This document shows, piece after piece, positions 28,010 through 37,766 of a stretch of DNA of 64,000 bases (positions are counted from its first letter, which is position 1; each line of letters begins with the position of its first letter). Location of the stretch: the IMG/VR virus record IMGVR_UViG_2588253758_000004. The stretch is one strand, 5' to 3'. The stretch comes from a virus (Duplodnaviria > Caudoviricetes). A program made the translations under genes and the position numbers. Below the pieces are notes generated by a model that saw nothing but the letters and a program-made list of their open reading frames with translations, did not search any database and was not told the DNA's origin.

Positions 28010-31000
28010 TTATAAATCCCAGTCGGCCGTGCTAAATACTTGAAAACAGAATGAGCCCTCATTGGCCGATGAGTCATCTTGGGTTTGGACTTGAAAATAA
28101 GTGCTGTAAACTCCCATAACAGTAACGTATATCGGGGTATTGGTGTAATAGCCTGTCATCTGCACAAAGTAATTACCACTGAGATTCCAAGGGAGATTGA
28201 TTGTGTAGCGTCCGACCGCAGTTCTGGAGATGGTCATTCTGTTGCCATCGTAGGTTTTTTGCTTCATCGACACGCTCGTTCCGGAAAGTGTCACGACTCC
28301 TGATGCCAATACTTGCAGGTAGTTACCGTACCTTCCACTGCACATCATATCGCGTCGGTTAATAACTATCCACCCGAAGAAGGTTACATCATCACCGTAA
28401 CCGAGCAATTCGATAGTCTCACGAGAGAACGTGATGGTTGATTTTTGTATGCCATCTTCGAAAAAATACTTGCCATAGGGGGCAGTAATCGACATCACCC
28501 CTTGCGATATTGTGCTTCTCCACTGATAATTCACGATACAAACTCGTCTGCCCGAATTGTCAAGTGTCCACGGCAATGGAACATTCTCATCCCAACTACC
28601 TCTTGTGGCTACCACGTTGTCGAAGTTATTGAGATTCTGTTGGTTCAAATTAGCAGTATCACCAAAGTTGATGTAGATTGACGGATCGTTCATTACAAAA
28701 GGACTGCGAAATGTTCCTCTAATACGGACATTCGAGAATATCGCTTTTTGTGCCGTAATATTCCCGGCTGTGTCCCAACTTATATTGCCGTTGGCCAACT
28801 GACCCGAACCGTCATTGTTGAGTTTCCATCGTGTTCCGTTGACAATAGAGCCATCAGACGAGAGAGCAACGCTATTTTTGGAGATCTGATAGGAGTTAAT
28901 GCTCCAACCTCCGATATATCCTTTGTCAATGGTCAGTGTGAGTGCATTGATGTTGGCTGCCGTAATGATAGCCGCCCGTATGGAGTCGGTATTGATACGT
29001 GCTGCATCAATTGTCCCTGCGGTGATTTGAGATGCCACTATCGAACCTGTATATACACCTGTCGAGGTAATTTGGGTCAGCTTAGAATATGACGAACCAC
29101 CTAATGCAGTTGTAATGTTATCTATTGGAGCACTCCAATTTAGCGATACAGACGATGCAAATATTACTGTCCCGGCTGCGTTCCAAGAGATATTCCCATT
29201 GGCTATTTGTCCTGAACCATCGTTGTTGAGTCGCCATTTAGTTCCGTTGTATATAGAGCCGTCAGAACCCAAATAGACGCTGTTTTTCCAGATATTCTGA
29301 TTGTCAAAACCCCAGCCTGCAATGCGGTTGTAGACCTGCTGGCTACCGGAGAGTAGTGTATTTGCAGAGAGACAGAAATACTCCAGATTATCGTGAGACA
29401 TCATCTGAACGCCCATAAACCCTGTTTTGATACTGCTGCCTGACGCTGCAATCTGCCCAAATGTAATGTGACCTGCGTTGTTTGTTTGGTGCCATGTCAT
29501 CGTAATTCCATAAAGCTTGCAGGTGCCTAAATATATGCTACCGCTTCCTGAGTTTGTTGTCCGAATCTGAATAGGGGTCTGACCAAATGCACCAATAGCC
29601 CCGACACTCATATTATCACTTCCAATGGTGAAACCTCCAATGGTTCCACGCACAAAGGAGCAGGATAAACCATTGATGTAGGTCGTATTAATAATATCGG
29701 ATTTGATACTGGCAGCATCAAGTTTGGTGGCAGTAATGCTACCCGTTGCAATTCGGTCTGCGCTTAGTGTGCCTGTGATGATGCTACTTGCATTGATGGC
29801 TACGGCATTGACCTGAGAAGCTGTCAGCGTTCCGGTATAAATACCTGTCGAACTGATGTATGTGAGCTTAGGAAATGACGCGCCACCCAAAGCGTTGTTA
29901 ATATCGTTTATTGGCGTTGTCCAGCTAAGCGATACAGCAGCTGAGAATGTCACCGCCCCTGCTGCATTCCATGAGATATTACCCGAAGCCAAGCTCCCGG
30001 AGCCATCGTTATTCAATGCCCATTTGCCGGAGTTGGCAATTGAGCCGTCAGCACCCAGATAGACGTTGTTTTTGTATATCTGCGAAGCATTGAGATTCCA
30101 ACCTGCTATCTGATTGACAGACCCCAAACGAACCAAGGTATTACCTGCCGAATCGGTAGAAAGCATCCCAAAATCGCTGTTGCTCGTATAGTACAGCATT
30201 GTTCTGTGTCCAGCAGTTGAACTCGACGAGGCTCCAAAAACGGCAATGCGATTATTGGTCTTATCGAGTATAATCTGACCACCTGAAATCGAACCACTAT
30301 TGATTGTCCATCCACCGATTGTTCCCTGCACAAAAGCACACGACAAACCGTTGATGTAACCCACGTTGATAATATTGGCTTTGATGCTTGCCGCATCGAG
30401 TTTGGTGGAGTTAATGCTTCCGGCTGCAATTCGGTCGGCACTGATTATTCCGGCTGTAATCTGCTCGGCAGTGATAGAACCCGTATAAATCCCCGTTGAC
30501 GAAATTTGCGTGAGCTTCGGAAACGATGTGCCACCCAGAGCAGTATTGATATTGTCGATGGGTGTAGTCCAATTCAGCGACACCGAAGCGGCAAAGGTTA
30601 CCACCCCGGCAGCATCCCAAGCAATATTACCCCCTGCCACAGCACCGGCACCGGTCGAATCTAATCTCCATTTATAGCCACGAATACCGGTAGTCCCGAT
30701 GGTCATTAACCCTGAAGCTGCTGTATATGCCCCCGAAATGTTGTTCTTTGTCCCGAGATATATGGAGTCCGTATCAATTGACCAGCCTCCGATTTTGCCT
30801 TTGGTAACGTTCAGTGTCAATGCCTCAATATTACCTGCGGTGATAAGCGTTGCTTTCAGTGCTGCTGTGTCTATTCTTGAAGCGTCTATCGTCCCGGCAC
30901 TGATTTGCGAGGCGTTAATACGAATGGCATTGACCGTATTAGCAGAGAGCGTTCCTGTAAAAATTCCACTCGCATCAATGTAGGTAGCACCGACCCACGC

Positions 31001-31417
31001 CAGCGCGACCTCGCTACCAAACTCAACCTTGCCCGTAACGGCGTTGTACTTGATAGATTGATTTCCTCGCCCCAATTGAGCATTGCCGCCACTGTCGATA
31101 AAAAATGTTTTGTAACCGTCCCGAAAGCCATAGATGCCGTCAATGGTTTCGGTGATTATTACCCCTGCATCGTTGCGTGTAGACATTGAGAATCGCCCCA
31201 AGGCAACACCTGTCAATGTATTGTTGGCATTCTTGACCCCTGCAAAGATTTTGGGCGTGATTACGCTGCTGGAATTAATAACGGTTTTGGCTGTATTCCA
31301 ATCCGCCACCCAGTCCAACAGGTTTGCATCGACTCCCGCAGGACCGGGCACGCCATCAGAGAGCGTGGATATGGTAATCCACGCTCGTGCTAATGTTGTT
31401 CCGGGTGCTACGCTCAT
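28010..31417 (-). CDS. Long repetitive tail fibre/spike protein
   Basis: 1135 aa, G/S/T/I-rich, repeated KW.LNNDGSG.LA.GNISW and ALGG.S.PKLT.I.STGIYTG units. Confidence 0.8.
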   Translation of the reverse strand: MSVAPGTTLARAWITISTLSDGVPGPAGVDANLLDWVADWNTAKTVINSSSVITPKIFAGVKNANNTLTGVALGRFSMSTRNDAGVIITETIDGIYGFRDGYKTFFIDSGGNAQLGRGNQSIKYNAVTGKVEFGSEVALAWVGATYIDASGIFTGTLSANTVNAIRINASQISAGTIDASRIDTAALKATLITAGNIEALTLNVTKGKIGGWSIDTDSIYLGTKNNISGAYTAASGLMTIGTTGIRGYKWRLDSTGAGAVAGGNIAWDAAGVVTFAASVSLNWTTPIDNINTALGGTSFPKLTQISSTGIYTGSITAEQITAGIISADRIAAGSINSTKLDAASIKANIINVGYINGLSCAFVQGTIGGWTINSGSISGGQIILDKTNNRIAVFGASSSSTAGHRTMLYYTSNSDFGMLSTDSAGNTLVRLGSVNQIAGWNLNASQIYKNNVYLGADGSIANSGKWALNNDGSGSLASGNISWNAAGAVTFSAAVSLSWTTPINDINNALGGASFPKLTYISSTGIYTGTLTASQVNAVAINASSIITGTLSADRIATGSITATKLDAASIKSDIINTTYINGLSCSFVRGTIGGFTIGSDNMSVGAIGAFGQTPIQIRTTNSGSGSIYLGTCKLYGITMTWHQTNNAGHITFGQIAASGSSIKTGFMGVQMMSHDNLEYFCLSANTLLSGSQQVYNRIAGWGFDNQNIWKNSVYLGSDGSIYNGTKWRLNNDGSGQIANGNISWNAAGTVIFASSVSLNWSAPIDNITTALGGSSYSKLTQITSTGVYTGSIVASQITAGTIDAARINTDSIRAAIITAANINALTLTIDKGYIGGWSINSYQISKNSVALSSDGSIVNGTRWKLNNDGSGQLANGNISWDTAGNITAQKAIFSNVRIRGTFRSPFVMNDPSIYINFGDTANLNQQNLNNFDNVVATRGSWDENVPLPWTLDNSGRRVCIVNYQWRSTISQGVMSITAPYGKYFFEDGIQKSTITFSRETIELLGYGDDVTFFGWIVINRRDMMCSGRYGNYLQVLASGVVTLSGTSVSMKQKTYDGNRMTISRTAVGRYTINLPWNLSGNYFVQMTGYYTNTPIYVTVMGVYSTYFQVQTQDDSSANEGSFCFQVFSTADWDL

Positions 31418-32707
31418 CTATTTTGAGATTAGTTCACATTCAAAAGTCGCCTTGCCGCTTACTTCTGACGCTTGTACGGTGATGGTTTTGGTTACTCGGC
31501 TCTCTGATTGTGGAACGCCGCTGTCATTGTACTTGTTCCACTTATAGGAGTAAGTAACACCCGTTGCATCAATCTCTTCACCGTTACGCCATACTTTGGC
31601 GGTCAAGGTCAGTGAGCCTGCTCCGTTCTTGATAATATTGCCTGCCGGAGCTGCAATGTCAATGGTGATGGGGTCGGACATATCCGAAAGCGAAACGATA
31701 TCGCTCACTACGCTGTTGGTCGTCCCACTGGCTGAGTCGGTGTCTTTGATAGCACACTTGAACGTCTCATAATTAAGCACCGCACCGTCTGGAACTATAA
31801 TCTCATTAGTGGTGTGCCCAGTGATTCCGCCATAGGTGTAGGTTGCATTAATTACACCCCAGTTTGTGCCGAGGGTAACGTCATACTCAGGGCAGGTGAT
31901 TGCAGCTCCGCTTGCCACAGCTGTCGTTACATTGGTGGTGAATGTGACTGCTTTGGTGGACGTATTAACGCTCTGCACCACATACGATGCTGCACCAATG
32001 GTTGCCAGTGAGCCCTCAATCACATCGGTTACGTCGCTGAATATAACAACTGCTTGTCCTGTGGTCGCGGCTGCTCCGGCGGTCTTGTTTGCAAAGACCC
32101 CTGCCTTTTTGATGCCCCATTTGTAGCTCACCAGCGTATTGTCAATCTGGTTACCCCGCCATAGATCGCAGTGGATTTTTAGTGAGCTGGGCGATGCGTT
32201 TTGGAATACACTGCCATCAGGAGTGTAAGCAATCGCACATATCAATGCACCGGCATTGTCCACCCTTGCAAAAGCAATGTCGGTTGCAAATGGCAGTTCA
32301 AGCCCTGTGCGTGGGTCAATAAAGATTGCCTCAAAGCGATAACGCACGGTCGTAGCTGCCGAGAGTTGGTTCTGTTTCACAGTCAACGCATACGGAGCTA
32401 CCGAAGTTGAAAACTCGGTGGTGCCTGCCACATTTGAGAGTGCCGTGCCGTCCTTGTACCACTTTACGCTGCCTGCCTTGATACGCCCGGCTACACTCAT
32501 CTGGTTAGCCGTATCGCCACTCATATAAACCGATGGGGTCAATACGAGAAAGGGCGAAGAGGTCCAGTTGGGCGAATAACTTGCTGTGTCCTTGCTGAAA
32601 ATTTGCGTTGTAGCCTGATTGGAGGTGATAAACGCATTGATACTTACTGAGTCATTTAGGTCGATAATCGTAATCTGACCTCTTGCGATTCTGTCGCCTG
32701 TTGCCAT
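31418..32707 (-). CDS. Tail protein with Ig-like domains
   Basis: ARGQITIIDLND, YSPNW, GNIIKNG..LTAKVWRNG, YKW, KATFECE. Confidence 0.7.
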   Translation of the reverse strand: MATGDRIARGQITIIDLNDSVSINAFITSNQATTQIFSKDTASYSPNWTSSPFLVLTPSVYMSGDTANQMSVAGRIKAGSVKWYKDGTALSNVAGTTEFSTSVAPYALTVKQNQLSAATTVRYRFEAIFIDPRTGLELPFATDIAFARVDNAGALICAIAYTPDGSVFQNASPSSLKIHCDLWRGNQIDNTLVSYKWGIKKAGVFANKTAGAAATTGQAVVIFSDVTDVIEGSLATIGAASYVVQSVNTSTKAVTFTTNVTTAVASGAAITCPEYDVTLGTNWGVINATYTYGGITGHTTNEIIVPDGAVLNYETFKCAIKDTDSASGTTNSVVSDIVSLSDMSDPITIDIAAPAGNIIKNGAGSLTLTAKVWRNGEEIDATGVTYSYKWNKYNDSGVPQSESRVTKTITVQASEVSGKATFECELISK

Positions 32708-32719
32708 AATGTTTTTGTT

Positions 32720-34534
32720 TTATTGGTTTGATATATTGAGATTTACTTCACAATCGAATGTTGCTCTGTGTGTGATGTCGTCTGCTGTCACCTCAACGCT
32801 TTTCCCTATGCGTGGAGGGTTGTTCCAATACTCATCAGCATAGGTGTCGCTACTTGTTCTGAACCATCGAAATTCGCTTTCGTGAATGAGGTGTGTGATG
32901 TTCTCGCCTGCTCGAAACACCGATGCCGATAAAATGGTAGAGATTAGCCCATTCTTGAATGTATTTCCCTGCGAGGAGTAAACGACCACATTAACTGCCG
33001 AGATATTCTCTCGCACCTGCTCATCGAGGTCTTCCCAGCGAATGGTTACGTCTTTAAGCTGAATGGTCTCCTTAGTCCACTTGAAGCGTCCACTTGCAAA
33101 ATGCCCCGTGCCATCACGGTTGATAACAAAAGAGTCATCACACGAAGAAATTGATCCATCTTCGTTGAGTTTGAGCAGTGGATTTTGGATCGTGCCGCCG
33201 ATACCTCCTTTTGAGAACCAAGCTCCGTAGTCCTCCGTTTCGTTGAGTCGTCCGTCTGTGGGTTGGTATTGAGAGGTGTTCTCTCCGGCTTCGAGTTGCG
33301 GAGCCGTAACATATGGCTCACTTTGCTCGCTCACTAAGCGAATAATCATTGTACTCGCAGATGAGTGCTTAACTGTAAAGACGATTTTGTGTCGTCTCCA
33401 TTCGTTTGCGGTTTCAGTTACCAGTGGGCCGATGCGATGTTCGTCCTGATAAAATGTGATTGCGCCAAGCCCAGAATGAACCCATATCGAAAAACAATAC
33501 TTTCGCCCAACACGCTCTTCACGCCAAGCGGAGCTTTGAACAGTCAGTGCGGAGTTGGTTGATAGACGGCGTACTTTCCCAATACCAACAGGAGAAATCA
33601 TATCAACCACAGCAGAATTGGTAAAAGCACATTCAGCTGAGTTCAGAATAACGTTCTTATGAATCTTGCCTACATAAAAGGTCGAAGCAAAGCCGTTCTC
33701 ATCACCAGCCGTCAATGTTCCGGCGATATTGACGTTGCGTGTAGCGTAGAGATTCTGAAAGTATGCTCCATAACCTTCGAGCATCCCAAACACGGGGTCG
33801 ATTATTCCTGTAATCTTACCCATACGTGCCTTAGTCGCTTTGGCAAAAGTGGCTATATCCGAAAGACGAATCACGTTCAGGTCGGTGATTTCGCACCACT
33901 CATCACCCGACAGGTTCGGATTGATTTTCAAGGTTCGTGCATACTGACTTGGATAATCCATCACGATAGCCGAAAGTCGATAGCTCCACTCGGTTGTAAT
34001 GTCGAAACTATCCTCTCCGTCCGTCTCATCGGTGTAACCAATCGAGAGCTTTGCTCCGTTGATAGTTTTTGAAGCACGTACACGAAAAGAGACGATGAGC
34101 ATTTCAGGGTTGCTCACCTTGCCGCTAATTGGAAAAGAAAATTGAGTAGTGGTTTTACGAGCTTCACGGATATACAGCAATGAATGTTCAAAACCAAGCC
34201 CGTCAATCACGTCCATATAGGGCGAATCACTGTCCGATGCAGTCATATATAGCGCACCGCCACGAGAGCGGTCCACGAGACTGGTGACACGCACAAAATC
34301 GAGCAGCTCGCCACTCTTTGGCTCATCACCCTCAAAAAGTGCACCTATAAAGTAGTGAGACTCCTTGCCAGCGATAATATCCGTACCAGTTTCAGTCACC
34401 ACCATCAGCGAATAGATCAAGTTCGGCGTATCGAAATACTGCCTCCGAACCACATCGCCAACACGCAAACCCTGAACCTTCTTGGATTCAGGGTCAATCG
34501 CTATCTTATATCGTGAGTATCTGTTTACTGCCAC
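32720..34534 (-). CDS. Tail protein with carbohydrate-binding-like and Ig-like domains
   Basis: GDVVRRQYFD, APQLEAGE..SQYQP, GNTFKNG..FRWFR..ATFDCEV. Confidence 0.7.
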   Translation of the reverse strand: MAVNRYSRYKIAIDPESKKVQGLRVGDVVRRQYFDTPNLIYSLMVVTETGTDIIAGKESHYFIGALFEGDEPKSGELLDFVRVTSLVDRSRGGALYMTASDSDSPYMDVIDGLGFEHSLLYIREARKTTTQFSFPISGKVSNPEMLIVSFRVRASKTINGAKLSIGYTDETDGEDSFDITTEWSYRLSAIVMDYPSQYARTLKINPNLSGDEWCEITDLNVIRLSDIATFAKATKARMGKITGIIDPVFGMLEGYGAYFQNLYATRNVNIAGTLTAGDENGFASTFYVGKIHKNVILNSAECAFTNSAVVDMISPVGIGKVRRLSTNSALTVQSSAWREERVGRKYCFSIWVHSGLGAITFYQDEHRIGPLVTETANEWRRHKIVFTVKHSSASTMIIRLVSEQSEPYVTAPQLEAGENTSQYQPTDGRLNETEDYGAWFSKGGIGGTIQNPLLKLNEDGSISSCDDSFVINRDGTGHFASGRFKWTKETIQLKDVTIRWEDLDEQVRENISAVNVVVYSSQGNTFKNGLISTILSASVFRAGENITHLIHESEFRWFRTSSDTYADEYWNNPPRIGKSVEVTADDITHRATFDCEVNLNISNQ

Positions 34535-34557
34535 TTCTTCAAGGTTGTTGTACCTTT

Positions 34558-34589
34558 AAGAATAGTGCTAAATGACTTCTTGGGTTTGA
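34558..34589 (-). promoter_or_regulatory. Putative phage-sigma late promoter (copy 4)
   Basis: TCAAACC-N17-CTATTCTT, 24 nt upstream of GTG start at 34534. Confidence 0.75.
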
Positions 34590-34750
34590 TGCTGCAATAA
34601 AAAAACGAGATAGACATTGATAAAAGAGAATGATTCAAGTATTACACACATTACACTATGAGGTTGATCCCTGAATTTATGTTTATTTTAAATTACTGTG
34701 TGCTATGCGAAATTTATTACTTAGCATATACAACTCATTAAATTATTCAA

Positions 34751-34758
34751 TATCTTTG
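34751..34758 (+). promoter_or_regulatory. Bacteroidetes -7 promoter box for RM cassette
   Basis: TATCTTTG 28 nt upstream of XRE gene. Confidence 0.6.
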
Positions 34759-34786
34759 CTGAAAATACCAATTCATAGGTTGGATT

Positions 34787-34996
34787 ATGAAGAAATTAAA
34801 TAGACTAAAAGTCGTTCTCGTTGAAAAAGAAAAAACAGGGAAATGGCTATCTGAACAGTTAGGGAAAGATCCTTCAACTGTTTCAAAATGGTGTTCCAAT
34901 AAGATTCAGCCATCCGTAGAGATGTTAGATGAGATAGCCGTTTTGCTAAATGTAGATGTGCGAGAATTATTAAACAAGAGTAAATCTAAAGTATGA
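34787..34996 (+). CDS. XRE-family HTH regulator
   Basis: NRLKVVL.EK..TGKWL..QLG....TVSKWCSN..QP. Confidence 0.9.
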   Translation: MKKLNRLKVVLVEKEKTGKWLSEQLGKDPSTVSKWCSNKIQPSVEMLDEIAVLLNVDVRELLNKSKSKV

Positions 34997-37758
34997 CAAC
35001 ACAATCAGAACAGGCTTTAGAGCAGGGGTTGATTAAGACTCTGGTCTCTATGAATTATCAAAAGATTGAAATAGCGGATGAAAATGCTATGGTTGCCAAT
35101 TTTCGCAGTCAGCTTAATAAGCATAATAATACAGAACTTACAGATGATGAGTTTAATCGCATAATGATTCATCTGGAGAACGGTTCGATATTCGCAAAAG
35201 CAGAGAAACTTCGTAATCGTTTTCCTCTGACTCGTGATGACGAGTCGGTAAAGTGGATCGAGTTTCTAAATACTCAGGAGTGGTGTAAGAACGAGTTTCA
35301 GGTTTCAAATCAGATTACTGATGAGGGTAGGCGCAAATGCAGATATGATGTTACTATTTTGGTGAATGGATTGCCACTGGTGCAAGTGGAGCTGAAAAAG
35401 CGAGGCATAGAGCTTAAGCAAGCATACAGTCAAGTTCAACGTTACCACAAAACAGCATTCAAAGGACTATTTAACTATATACAGATATTTGTCATTTCAA
35501 ATGGCGTAAATACCCGTTATTTTGCCAATAACCCCAATCAAGGCTATAAATTCACGTTTCCTTGGGCTGACTTCAAAAACAACCACATAGACCGCTTAGA
35601 CATCTTTGCTGCAATGTTTTTTGAACAATGCACGTTGGGGAAAATGCTTGCCAAATATGTAGTGCTGCATCAATCGGATAAGTGCTTAATGATTCTAAGA
35701 CCCTATCAATTCTATGCGGTTGAAGCCCTACTTGATAAGGTGGCTAATTCTGTGAAGAATGGCTACATTTGGCATACTACGGGTAGTGGCAAAACCCTGA
35801 CTTCGTTTAAGGCAGCTCAGTTGATCGCAGAGATGAGCGATATTGACAAGGTGCTTTTCGTTGTTGATAGGCACGATTTAGATACCCAAACTAAAAAAGA
35901 ATACGATGCTTTTGCCCCGGGGGCTGTGGATAGCACTGACAACACAAAAGAGTTAGTCAAAGCATTGCAGGGTAAGAAGAAATTGATGATAACAACGATT
36001 CAAAAGCTGAATCACGCAGTACAAAAAGACAGATATAGTAAAAGTTTACAGGGAGTAAAAGATAAGAATATCGTAATGATATTTGACGAGTGCCATAGAA
36101 GTCAATTCGGAGATATGCACTCGAATATAACAGGATTTTTTAGTAAGATTCGTTATTTTGGGTTTACAGGTACTCCAATTTTTGCCGACAATGCTAACAA
36201 TGGTCGCACCACAAAGGATATTTTTGGTGAAAGACTTCACGAGTATCTAATAAAAGATGCTATTGCAGATGAAAATGTACTTGGCTTCTTGGTGGAGTAT
36301 CATGGCAAATGGAAACGAAAAAATGAAAACGACAAACAAGTAAAATCCATTGATACAGCGGAAGTTTTATTGAAGGATGAAAGGATAGCTTCGATAGCAG
36401 ATTTTATACTCTCGAACTACAACTCCTCTACATACGAAAGGGATTTCAATGCTATGTTTGCGGTTGGTGGTGTGAAGATGCTTATCAAATACTACGATAT
36501 GTTCAAGAGTCGCAACCATGACCTAAAGATTGCTACGATTTTCACATATACTCAGAACGAGGAATCGGAAGATGAGTTTACTGGTTTAGGGCAAGGTTTT
36601 GCCTCCACTCAAAACACTAGAGATATTTTAGAGCGGTATATCAAAGATTATAACGAAACATTCGGCACAGACTTCGATACAGACCACTTTGGGCTCTACT
36701 ATGACGACATCAATAAGCGAATGAAAAATCGCCAAATCGACCTTCTGATAGTATCTGATATGTTTCTTACGGGTTTTGATGCCAAGAAACTCAATACGCT
36801 TTATGTAGACAAAAATCTCAACTATCACGGTCTTTTGCAAGCCTTCTCTCGAACCAATCGAGTGCTTAACGAAAAGAAAAAGTTTGGCAAAATCACTTGT
36901 TTTAGAGACCTTAAACAGCAGACAGATGATGCCATAAAGCTCTATTCCAACAACAAATCTTCGGAGGTGGTTTTGATGAAGCCCTACGAAAAACTTGTCG
37001 AGAGATTCAATGAGATGGCAGCAGAATTTTTATCTCACTTTCCTACTATCAAAAGCGTTGGTGGTTTAGACTCAGAGTTAGATAAACGTCGTTTTGTAAT
37101 TCTCTTTAGGGCAATGCTTAGACTGAGAAATGAAGTCAAAGGCTATAATGAATTTGATGCAGAAGACCTTACAATAGAAGAGCAACGATTTGCCGACTAT
37201 CAAAGCAAATACCTTGATATGTCTAACGAGTTTGCCATAACCTCTGAAAAAGAAGATGCCGAAAGTATCCTACAAGATATAGACTTTGAGTTAGAGTTAG
37301 TACACAGAGACATTATCAATGTGATGTACATTCTCTCACTGCTTCAAGACCTTAAACCTGAATCGTCATCTTATCCTAAAGATCGAAAAGCAGTTCTTGA
37401 TACGATGGATTCAGACCCTGATCTGCGTTCCAAAATTGTCTTGATTGACAACTTTATTCGCCTGCACATTGACGGGCGGCAGAGTGATGATTTGCCAGCG
37501 GATATGGAGGGCGATTTGGATAAATACATCGCTACCCAAAAGGCTATTGCCATTGAGCAAGTTGCTGTCGATGAAGGCATTGATAGCTCTTTGCTACACG
37601 AATATGTATCAGAGTATGAGTATTTAGGGAAACCCAAAAACGAGATAATTAAGCGAGCAATTGACCCATTGAAATTATCATTTATGGATGCTCAAACGAA
37701 AAAGAAGAGCCTAATCGACAAGATGAAAGATATTATTAAACTATTTAGCTGGAACTAA
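34993..37758 (+). CDS. hsdR: Type I restriction endonuclease subunit R
   Basis: RYDVTILVNGLPLVQVELK, HTTGSGKT, DECHR, FTGTP, MFLTGFD, QAFSRTNR. Confidence 0.97.
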   Translation: MTTQSEQALEQGLIKTLVSMNYQKIEIADENAMVANFRSQLNKHNNTELTDDEFNRIMIHLENGSIFAKAEKLRNRFPLTRDDESVKWIEFLNTQEWCKNEFQVSNQITDEGRRKCRYDVTILVNGLPLVQVELKKRGIELKQAYSQVQRYHKTAFKGLFNYIQIFVISNGVNTRYFANNPNQGYKFTFPWADFKNNHIDRLDIFAAMFFEQCTLGKMLAKYVVLHQSDKCLMILRPYQFYAVEALLDKVANSVKNGYIWHTTGSGKTLTSFKAAQLIAEMSDIDKVLFVVDRHDLDTQTKKEYDAFAPGAVDSTDNTKELVKALQGKKKLMITTIQKLNHAVQKDRYSKSLQGVKDKNIVMIFDECHRSQFGDMHSNITGFFSKIRYFGFTGTPIFADNANNGRTTKDIFGERLHEYLIKDAIADENVLGFLVEYHGKWKRKNENDKQVKSIDTAEVLLKDERIASIADFILSNYNSSTYERDFNAMFAVGGVKMLIKYYDMFKSRNHDLKIATIFTYTQNEESEDEFTGLGQGFASTQNTRDILERYIKDYNETFGTDFDTDHFGLYYDDINKRMKNRQIDLLIVSDMFLTGFDAKKLNTLYVDKNLNYHGLLQAFSRTNRVLNEKKKFGKITCFRDLKQQTDDAIKLYSNNKSSEVVLMKPYEKLVERFNEMAAEFLSHFPTIKSVGGLDSELDKRRFVILFRAMLRLRNEVKGYNEFDAEDLTIEEQRFADYQSKYLDMSNEFAITSEKEDAESILQDIDFELELVHRDIINVMYILSLLQDLKPESSSYPKDRKAVLDTMDSDPDLRSKIVLIDNFIRLHIDGRQSDDLPADMEGDLDKYIATQKAIAIEQVAVDEGIDSSLLHEYVSEYEYLGKPKNEIIKRAIDPLKLSFMDAQTKKKSLIDKMKDIIKLFSWN

Positions 37759-37766
37759 TTGAACCT

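Noticed and set aside
7288-31420. Genome-wide stop-codon reassignment suggested by the TAA in dnaE and the TAG-ATG junction
   Set aside because: All other genes are full length in code 11, all three stops end genes normally, and no suppressor tRNA was seen
21597-34534. Diversity-generating retroelement or tail-fibre shufflon
   Set aside because: No reverse transcriptase, no adenine-variable template/variable repeat pair and no inverted fibre cassettes noticed in the window
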